NCBI GenBank assembly: GCA_965205975.1
Contig: OZ242195.1
Coordinates: forward strand, 32,001 to 96,000
Length of the DNA stretch: 64,000 nt
Reading direction: 5' to 3'
Origin: Candidatus Latescibacterota bacterium
Lineage (GTDB): Bacteria; Latescibacterota; UBA2968
Positions within the stretch are counted from its first letter, which is position 1. Every line of letters starts with the position of its first letter. This document shows positions 55,105 to 64,000 of the stretch, piece by piece. The position numbers were made by a program, and so were the translations under genes. The notes below the pieces were generated by a model. That model saw nothing but the letters and a program-made list of their open reading frames with translations, did no database searches and was not told where the DNA came from.

Positions 55105-55962
55105 ATGGACCTCATTATCAACTCCAAATTTTTCGATCAGTATTCCGTGCCTGAACTGGGCGAAAAAGCGATTGAATTGGGCTACGACGGCATTGACCTG
55201 TGCGTGCGTCCGGGCCATCCCATTCACGCAGACAATGTAATTGAGGCATTGCCCAAAGCAGCCGAAATCTGGCGCAGTCAGGACCTGGTCTGCCCTATGA
55301 TAACCGCGCCCGTGACACTCGTAGATCCAGAATCACCTGAAATAGAAAAATACTATATCGCCTGTGCCGAAGCCGAAATCCCCCGTCTCAAAATCGGATT
55401 CTGGAAATATCAGCCCGGCGATGATTACTGGCAGGTTGTGGATACAGCGCGGAGAGATCTGGCAAAAATTGTGGTTCTGAGCGAAAAATACGGCGTGCAG
55501 ACCTGCTATCAGATTCACAGCGGGCCTTGCCTGGGAAGCAACTGCGCGGGATTGATGCACCTCATCAACGGCTTTGACCCACAATACGTGGGCGCGTACC
55601 CCGATTTCGGACACCTCGCACTGGATGGAGAAGACTGGGCAATGGGATTGGCGATGATTCGGGATTATATCTCAGTCGTGGGCATTAAAGATGCGTATTA
55701 TCTACCGCAACCGGAAGGTCAAACACCGCGCTATCGTCCCTGCTTCACAAAAGCTGGAGAAGGATGCGTAGATTGGCATCGTTGCCTGGGGCTATTGCAC
55801 GAGATGGGATTTGATGGACCCTTATCCGTCCACACCGAATACAAATTTGACGAAACTATCATCCGTCAAGTCGGTTACGCGCAAACATCGCCTCCAAATT
55901 TGGAAGCATGGGCAAAAGAAGACGCGGATTATCTTCGGAAAATTATCGCAGACATTGCATAA
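55105..55962 (+). CDS. Sugar-phosphate isomerase/epimerase (xylose isomerase-like TIM barrel)
   Basis: GYDGIDL, DFGH, IKD, GEG.VDW, SVHTE. Confidence 0.85.
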   Translation: MDLIINSKFFDQYSVPELGEKAIELGYDGIDLCVRPGHPIHADNVIEALPKAAEIWRSQDLVCPMITAPVTLVDPESPEIEKYYIACAEAEIPRLKIGFWKYQPGDDYWQVVDTARRDLAKIVVLSEKYGVQTCYQIHSGPCLGSNCAGLMHLINGFDPQYVGAYPDFGHLALDGEDWAMGLAMIRDYISVVGIKDAYYLPQPEGQTPRYRPCFTKAGEGCVDWHRCLGLLHEMGFDGPLSVHTEYKFDETIIRQVGYAQTSPPNLEAWAKEDADYLRKIIADIA

Positions 55963-55975
55963 AGAGAGGTTCACA

Positions 55976-57292
55976 ATGCGTACAGCAAAAGCCGGTTGGG
56001 CGCAGTTTGATTCAACGCCGCCACTGGGGCTGCCTATGGGTGGTCGCGGTCCGCGGTTTTCACCCGGGTCTGAGGTGCTCGATCCTCTGGCCGCGCAGGC
56101 GGTTGTTATTGAGGATCAAAAGGGCTATCGCACGGTCTGGATTTCGATTGATATGATTGGGATGACATGGCATGTGACGAGTCGTTTGCGCTGTGAGTTA
56201 GCTTCAATAACCGGCATACCTTTTGAAGCGATTATTGTCAATTTTTCACATACGCACAGCGGTCCCATGTCCGGGTTTGAGGGATATGCTACGACTGTGG
56301 CTAAACCAGAAGAACTCGAGGCTTATGAAATTGATTTGCTGTCTCGTACGGTGAAAATGGTGATTGAAGCCATCGAGAATATGCGAGCGGTCTCTGTTTG
56401 TGTGCATCGCGGTACGTCGGAGATTGGGATTAACAGGCGCAGGCGAGGTGCCGATGGCAGTATGGGGATGAGGCCGAATCCAGATGGATATATGAATCGG
56501 GATCTCTGGGTGCTCGATCTCGCCGCAGAAGACTGTCGTTGTGTGGTGTTTAACTATGGCTGCCATCCGGTGATGGTTTACGGTTTTGCCTGGGATGGTA
56601 TTTCTGCTGATTTTCCCGGGGTCTGTCGCAATCGGTTGGTCGAATCTCTCGGTCCGAATACCCACGCGCAGTTTATTCAAGGGCTTGCCGGCAATATTCG
56701 ACCGCGCCGTCTCGCGGGGGCAGACGCATTTCGAAAATCTACGCCGGAGGATGTTGTTGCGACGGGTGCTCAACTCGCGGATGATGTTCTCTCGGCTATG
56801 GACAAGGGCGGTGAATTGCTGGCATTGGATCTCAATTGCGTTTCGGGATTTGCGCTGGCACCGCGCGACCAAGATGCGATTCCGCCTCTTGATCATTGGG
56901 AAGCACTTGCCAAAAGCGAGGGAGAACTTGAACAAAATCTCGGTGCGTACTGGGTCGAGCGTTTGGGGTCTGGCATACCGCCAGCGCGTTTTTTTCCCTG
57001 GTCATTGGGCCTTATTCGCCTGACGGGAAAACACACCATTGCGTGGTTTGGCAACGAGGTTGTTGCGGAGTGGCTCCCCTTGCTGAGAACTTATCTCAAT
57101 GATCCGAATCTCATTGCCTGGGGATATTGTCAGGATGGGCGCAATTACATGCCGACAGACGCGCTTATTCCCGAGGGTGGGTATGAGGTTGATAGTGCGA
57201 ATGCGTACACCAAAGCGGGTCCTGGTCCGTTCCAGATTGGCATTGACGAGGTGACCGAGAAGACATTTCTCGAGCTGGTCGAACGGCTGTGA
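55976..57292 (+). CDS. Neutral-ceramidase-like metal-dependent amidohydrolase
   Basis: DPL.AQA, SHTHSGP, NRR, NYGCHP, SADFPG, QGLAGN, GGYE. Confidence 0.75.
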   Translation: MRTAKAGWAQFDSTPPLGLPMGGRGPRFSPGSEVLDPLAAQAVVIEDQKGYRTVWISIDMIGMTWHVTSRLRCELASITGIPFEAIIVNFSHTHSGPMSGFEGYATTVAKPEELEAYEIDLLSRTVKMVIEAIENMRAVSVCVHRGTSEIGINRRRRGADGSMGMRPNPDGYMNRDLWVLDLAAEDCRCVVFNYGCHPVMVYGFAWDGISADFPGVCRNRLVESLGPNTHAQFIQGLAGNIRPRRLAGADAFRKSTPEDVVATGAQLADDVLSAMDKGGELLALDLNCVSGFALAPRDQDAIPPLDHWEALAKSEGELEQNLGAYWVERLGSGIPPARFFPWSLGLIRLTGKHTIAWFGNEVVAEWLPLLRTYLNDPNLIAWGYCQDGRNYMPTDALIPEGGYEVDSANAYTKAGPGPFQIGIDEVTEKTFLELVERL

Positions 57293-57295
57293 TGG

Positions 57296-58387
57296 TTAGT
57301 TCTGATTAGATCGCCTGCCTCGTCCGCGGCGACGCTGTTCACGCCACCGCTGGTATGCCTCTTCGTCAAACTCGATAACGGGGATCTCACCTTGCCAGGC
57401 CCTGGCAATGATAGGCATGATACGCGATGTCGCCAATTGGAAATCCCGCCCAAAAGGTCTCGGATTTGGAAACCATTTCCACAGGAGAGCGCCTGTGATC
57501 CGCGGTTCGTTTTCAATGGCTTCGAGCGCGACGCGCCAGCACATTTCCTGCAAGGGACGCGCGCCATCGTCATCCACGCGATATGTCCACGGTTCTGACG
57601 CTGCTTTATAAGATTGGTTGTATCCCAATTCGGCAAATACGATGTTGCGATCCATTTTTTTAGCATAAGCTCGCAATTCTTTTAGCAGACGATCCCATCC
57701 ACTTCGGAGGTCGGTCTCTGTGGGATTTTGATTTTTTGTTATCGGAAAATAGCCCTGAATACCGATCACATCCAGGGCATCCCAGAATGGCACGCGCGTG
57801 TAATCCGTCCAATTCGCCGCATAGGTGATCTGTCCTTTATATATTTTTCGCACGTCTGCAATCAGGGCGCGCCATTCGGCTTCGTGATGCAGGGTTTTGT
57901 CCAGTTCTGTTCCTATGACAAATGCATCGGCGTCTTTGCAGGCTTCGGCTACGGCCAAAATCCAGGCGCGATAATCTGCCCAGAAGCGCGTCCATTCTTC
58001 CTCAGAGCGAAACGCAATTTCGCCCCGCCACTCAAATCCCGACCGCCAGTATGCCAGATGGGGCTTGATGCAAATTTTCAATCCCCGTTTGTGGGCTTCT
58101 ACAATGGGTCGCGTCCAGTGAGCGGGAGCCAATTCACCGGCGCCTTCAAATCGCCTCACCCTGACCGATCCATCCTGCGAAATGCCCGCATAGGGATGGG
58201 TCGCAACCCAGTTTGCCCCCAGAATTTCAATATCCCGCAGCGTTGAAACCATTTCGTCACTCGCCCAATCTCGCCCACCTCCGTGCGTTGAAATCGTGAT
58301 CCCCCGCATTGGCGTATCATTGTCAAATGCCTGGGGCTCAAACGCGGTTAATAAGCTGAATAATAGAATGGTGCAATAACGAGGCAT
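57296..58387 (-). CDS. Secreted glycoside hydrolase, GH113-like TIM barrel
   Basis: Signal peptide; IKPH...WRG, IGTEL, TYAANW, FWDALDVIGIQGYFP, FAELGY. Confidence 0.8.
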   Translation of the reverse strand: MPRYCTILLFSLLTAFEPQAFDNDTPMRGITISTHGGGRDWASDEMVSTLRDIEILGANWVATHPYAGISQDGSVRVRRFEGAGELAPAHWTRPIVEAHKRGLKICIKPHLAYWRSGFEWRGEIAFRSEEEWTRFWADYRAWILAVAEACKDADAFVIGTELDKTLHHEAEWRALIADVRKIYKGQITYAANWTDYTRVPFWDALDVIGIQGYFPITKNQNPTETDLRSGWDRLLKELRAYAKKMDRNIVFAELGYNQSYKAASEPWTYRVDDDGARPLQEMCWRVALEAIENEPRITGALLWKWFPNPRPFGRDFQLATSRIMPIIARAWQGEIPVIEFDEEAYQRWREQRRRGRGRRSNQN

Positions 58388-58406
58388 GACAGCCTTTCAT
58401 TTAGAC

Positions 58407-58433
58407 AAAAAAGGCGCAGTTCGCACTGCGCCT
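58407..58433 (-). terminator. Intrinsic terminator after gltD
   Basis: AGGCGCAGT/ACTGCGCCT stem with a T6 run on the minus strand. Confidence 0.75.
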
Positions 58434-58464
58434 CCCTTTATTTGAGATTTGATATGACGACCTG

Positions 58465-59958
<1,494 letters not shown>

Positions 59959-59971
59959 AAGTGCTCCTTTT

Positions 59972-62900
59972 TTAAGCTTCAACTTCCACGCCACGGCGGA
60001 ATGCTTCGAGCCATGCATCTTCGCCTTTCAAACCCTCTTGTTGCGCGGTTTCATAAGCAGAGAGAATGCGTTTGTAGGGTTTGGGGAAGACTTTGACGAA
60101 TTTGGGCAACATGTCATCCCAATGGACGAGGATGTGTTGCGCCACGCTGCTCTCGGTGTAGTCGGCGTGTTTGGTGATCATGCTTTTGAGTTCTTCAATG
60201 TCTTCATCGTTTTGGACGGGTTCGAGATCGACGAGTTCGGGATTGCAGCGTATGTGGAAATCGCCATCTTCGTCGAGCACATAAGCTATGCCTCCGGACA
60301 TGCCGGCTGCAAAGTTGCGTCCGGTTTTGCCCAAAATGACAGCCATCCCACCTGTCATATACTCACATCCGTGATCGCCAATGCCTTCGACGACTGCGCT
60401 AACGCCCGAGTTTCGCACGCAGAAGCGCTCGCCCGCTTGACCGCGGATGAAAGCCTGGCCATTGGTCGCACCGTAGAAAGATACGTTGCCGATGATGATG
60501 TTGTCTTCGGCTTTGAAGGTGGATCCCTCGCGCGGATAGACAATCAGTTTGCTGCCGCACAAGCCCTTGCCAAAGTAATCATTGGCGTCGCCTTCGAGGC
60601 GGAAGGTAATGCCCGGCGGCGTAAAGGCTGCAAAAGATTGTCCGGCCGATCCCTCAAAGGTGATGTCAATGGTGTCTTCGGGCAGGCCATCGGGTCCGAA
60701 CCTGCGGGTGATTTCACTGCCGAGAATGGTGCCGACCACGCGGTTGGTATTTTTGATATCGAATTTTGCGCGGACTTTGCTGCCATCCTTGAGGGCGGGT
60801 TCGCAAAGTTCGAGCAAGATCTGGTTGTCCATCGCATTTTCGAGACCGTGATCCTGTTCGATCTGGCAATAACGGCCAATTTCAGGATCGGCGTCTGGTT
60901 TTTCAAGAATGGGGGACAGGTCCAGATATTTCGCTTTCCAGTGGTCGGTTTTTGCCTGGTGGAGCAGGTCGGTGCGACCGATGAGTTCAGCGATGGTGCG
61001 CACGCCGAGTTGCGCCATTATTTCGCGCATGTCCTGTGCGATAAAACGCAAGAAATTGACGACCTGATCGGGGTCGCCCATAAATTTTTTGCGCAGTTCG
61101 GGATGCTGCGTGGCCACACCTACAGGACAGGTGTCGAGGTGGCAAACGCGCATCATGATGCAGCCCATGGCGACGAGTGCTGTGGTTGCAAATCCAAATT
61201 CTTCGGCACCGAGCAGGGCTGCAATAATTACATCGCGTCCGGTTTTGAGTTGTCCGTCGGTTTCGACTATGATGCGCGACCTCAGATTGTTGAGTACCAG
61301 GGTTTGGTGGGTTTCGGCAACGCCGAATTCCCAGGGCAGGCCAGCGTGTTTGATGCTGGTTTGCGGCGATGCGCCGGTGCCTCCGTCAAGGCCAGAGATG
61401 AGTACCACATCGCCGTGACCTTTGGACACGCCCGCTGCGACGATGCCTACATTGATTTCTGCGACGAGTTTGACGTTAATTCTGGCATGGTGGTTGGCAT
61501 TTTTGAGATCGTGAATGAGCTGCGCCAGATCTTCGATGGAGTAAATATCGTGATGCGGCGGCGGTGAGATGAGTTCTACGCCCGGTGTGGAGTGCCGAAC
61601 CGTGGCAATCCACGGATACACTTTATTGCCAGGCAATTCGCCGCCTTCGCCAGGCTTGGCGCCCTGCGCCATTTTGATCTGCAATTCTTTGGCATTGACC
61701 AGATAATTGCTGGTGACGCCAAAGCGCCCAGAAGCCACTTGTTTGATGGCGCTGTTTTTGGAATCGCCATTGGGCTCGAGGGTATAACGCGCCGGGTCTT
61801 CGCCGCCTTCGCCGGTGTTGCTTTTGCCACCCAGACGATTCATCGCAATAGCGAGTGCTTCATGCGCTTCTTTAGATATCGATCCATAGGACATGGCACC
61901 GGACTTAAAGCGTCTGGTGATTGCTTCGACGGGTTCAACTTCGTCAATGGGAATGGGTTCGCTGGCATAGTTGAAGTCCAGGAGACCGCGCAGAGTCGCC
62001 AGGTTTTTGGCCTGTTGGTTGATGAGGGTGATATATTCTTTGTACACGTCGTAATCGTTGGTGCGCGTAGCGTGCTGGAGCTTGTGAATCGTTAGGGGAT
62101 TAAAGAGGTGATATTCCCCACCTTGCCGCCACTGAAAATGCCCGCCTACATCGAGGGTGCTGCCATTGACTGGAATTTCGGGATATGCATCGCGATGCCG
62201 CATCAGGGCTTCTCGGGCAATGACATCGAGGCCAATGCCATCTATGCGGGAATCTGTCCAGGTAAAGTATTGATCAATGATGTTTTTTGAAATGCCAACG
62301 GCTTCAAAAATTTGAGCACCCCGATAAGACTTGATGGTGGAGATGCCCATTTTGGCCATGACTTTGACCACGCCTTTGGTTGCGGATTTGACATATCCTT
62401 TGACCGCATCGCGATAGGAGATATCGGTTAATTGCTTTTCAGAGATCATGTCGGCGAGGCTTTCATAAGCCATATAGGGGTTGATCGCCTGAGCGCCATA
62501 GCCGATGAGCAAGCAGAAGTGATGCACTTCACGGGGTTCACCTGTTTCGAGGGCAATCCCGACTTTGGTGCGCTTACCTTCTCGGATGAGATGGTGATGG
62601 AGACCGCTCATGGCCAGGAGCGCGGGAATGGGGGCGTGGTCTTTATCGACACCGCGGTCTGAAAGAATGAGTATGGTATAACCGTTTTCAATGGCGTTGT
62701 CGGCTTCTGCACACAATTTGTGCATGGCTTTTTCGAGGCTGGCTTCACCATCGGCCACATTGAAGAGCATGGGAATGGTGGTGGCTTTGAGCCCCGGGCG
62801 GTCAACGCTGCGCAATTGCTCGAGTTCCTCATTGGTCAAAACGGGCGTGTCGAGATGGATTTGCCTGCAACTTTCGGGTTCGGGAATCAGCAGATTGCGC

Positions 62901-64000
62901 TCGGGACCAATGGTAGCGTCAGCCGAGGTGATGACCTCTTCTTTTAAGGGATCGAGGGGTGGGTTGGTCACCTGGGCAAAGAGCTGTTTGAAGTAGTTGT
63001 AGAGCAAGTGCGGTTTGTTGGACAATACCGCTAATGGTGCGTCGTTGCCCATTGATCCGACGGGATCGCGCCCAATTTTGGACATGGGACCAACAAAAAT
63101 TTTGAGGTCTTCAAACGTATAGCCAAAAGCCTGTTGCCGCATGAGCACTTCGGCGTGATTTGTGGGGGGGGCAATGGGTGCGACTGCGGGCAGGTCTTTG
63201 AGCGAAATGAGATGGTCGTTGAGCCATTGTTGGTAGGGATGCTCGGAGATCATTGACTGTTTGACTTCGTCATCGGAAATGATACGGCCCTTTTCGGTAT
63301 CGACGAGAAGGATGCGACCGGGTTGCAATCGACCTTTGTAAGCGATGCGTTCGGGTTCTAATTCGCAGACACCTGCCTCAGAACTGAGGATGAGCAGGTC
63401 GTCTTTGGTGACGTAATAACGCGAAGGACGCAAGCCATTGCGATCGAGGCAGGCTCCCACGACTTCGCCATCGGTAAAGCCAATAGAAGCCGGACCATCC
63501 CAGGGTTCCATGAGGCAGGAATGGTATTCGTAGAAGGCGCGCCTTTCGGGACTCATGCTCTCGTGGTTTTCCCAGGGTTCGGGAATCATCATGACGGCTG
63601 CATGCGCCATTGAGCGGCCAGATAGAGACAGAAATTCAAAGCAGTTGTCAAAGATTGCGGAATCCGAACCGTCTTCGTAGAGGATGGGGACTATTTTTTG
63701 TACGTCATCACCCCAGAGCGCTGAAGCCAGCATGGCCTGTCGGGTTTTCATCCAGTTTTGATTCCCGCGCAGGGTGTTGATTTCGCCGTTGTGGATGAGG
63801 TAGCGATAGGGATGCGACCTTTCCCAGGAGGGAAAGGTGTTGGTGGAAAACCGGGAATGCACGAGGACAATCGCGGCTTCCATGCGGTGATCTTGCAGGT
63901 CGGGATAAAATTCGGGCACCTGCATGGGGGTGAGCATGCCTTTGTAAACAATGGTGCGCGACGACAAGCTGGGGATGTAAAAATTTTCGTCGTGCCCGGC
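59972..64000 (-). CDS. gltB: Glutamate synthase large subunit (5' end beyond the right edge of the window)
   Basis: [45 protein letters not shown] repeats. Confidence 0.98.
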   Translation of the reverse strand, partial: AGHDENFYIPSLSSRTIVYKGMLTPMQVPEFYPDLQDHRMEAAIVLVHSRFSTNTFPSWERSHPYRYLIHNGEINTLRGNQNWMKTRQAMLASALWGDDVQKIVPILYEDGSDSAIFDNCFEFLSLSGRSMAHAAVMMIPEPWENHESMSPERRAFYEYHSCLMEPWDGPASIGFTDGEVVGACLDRNGLRPSRYYVTKDDLLILSSEAGVCELEPERIAYKGRLQPGRILLVDTEKGRIISDDEVKQSMISEHPYQQWLNDHLISLKDLPAVAPIAPPTNHAEVLMRQQAFGYTFEDLKIFVGPMSKIGRDPVGSMGNDAPLAVLSNKPHLLYNYFKQLFAQVTNPPLDPLKEEVITSADATIGPERNLLIPEPESCRQIHLDTPVLTNEELEQLRSVDRPGLKATTIPMLFNVADGEASLEKAMHKLCAEADNAIENGYTILILSDRGVDKDHAPIPALLAMSGLHHHLIREGKRTKVGIALETGEPREVHHFCLLIGYGAQAINPYMAYESLADMISEKQLTDISYRDAVKGYVKSATKGVVKVMAKMGISTIKSYRGAQIFEAVGISKNIIDQYFTWTDSRIDGIGLDVIAREALMRHRDAYPEIPVNGSTLDVGGHFQWRQGGEYHLFNPLTIHKLQHATRTNDYDVYKEYITLINQQAKNLATLRGLLDFNYASEPIPIDEVEPVEAITRRFKSGAMSYGSISKEAHEALAIAMNRLGGKSNTGEGGEDPARYTLEPNGDSKNSAIKQVASGRFGVTSNYLVNAKELQIKMAQGAKPGEGGELPGNKVYPWIATVRHSTPGVELISPPPHHDIYSIEDLAQLIHDLKNANHHARINVKLVAEINVGIVAAGVSKGHGDVVLISGLDGGTGASPQTSIKHAGLPWEFGVAETHQTLVLNNLRSRIIVETDGQLKTGRDVIIAALLGAEEFGFATTALVAMGCIMMRVCHLDTCPVGVATQHPELRKKFMGDPDQVVNFLRFIAQDMREIMAQLGVRTIAELIGRTDLLHQAKTDHWKAKYLDLSPILEKPDADPEIGRYCQIEQDHGLENAMDNQILLELCEPALKDGSKVRAKFDIKNTNRVVGTILGSEITRRFGPDGLPEDTIDITFEGSAGQSFAAFTPPGITFRLEGDANDYFGKGLCGSKLIVYPREGSTFKAEDNIIIGNVSFYGATNGQAFIRGQAGERFCVRNSGVSAVVEGIGDHGCEYMTGGMAVILGKTGRNFAAGMSGGIAYVLDEDGDFHIRCNPELVDLEPVQNDEDIEELKSMITKHADYTESSVAQHILVHWDDMLPKFVKVFPKPYKRILSAYETAQQEGLKGEDAWLEAFRRGVEVEA

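Overview
Bacterial chromosomal segment from a diderm (lipoproteins, outer-membrane beta-barrel). A housekeeping backbone (aroA, dnaE, mltD-mreD-mrdA-rodA, mtnA, rsfS, pyrC-carA, parE/parC, gltB-gltD) and glycan/sulfate-ester catabolic genes are interrupted by defence material. (1) At the left edge is a type I-E-like cas3 that runs off the window and is therefore absent from the ORF track. It is preceded by an HTH-WYL regulator whose 3' end is duplicated around a patch of toxin-antitoxin (TA) fragments. (2) A 10.8-kb three-gene module (NERD-pseudokinase-kinase-ATPase; DndG-like protein; PD-(D/E)XK + HerA-like ATPase) resembles MADS Mad6-7-8 / DndFGH. It has no adjacent methylation or phosphorothioation genes and hangs off the pyrC-carA operon behind an orphan antitoxin; this is the best candidate for an undescribed system or variant. 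(3) An orphan Dam-type methyltransferase lies between parE and parC, a DUF4160-DUF2442 pair is fused into one ORF, and several antitoxins have lost their toxins. No CRISPR array, rRNA, tRNA, integrase or transposase was recognised. All family calls come from motif recognition by eye, not from database searches.
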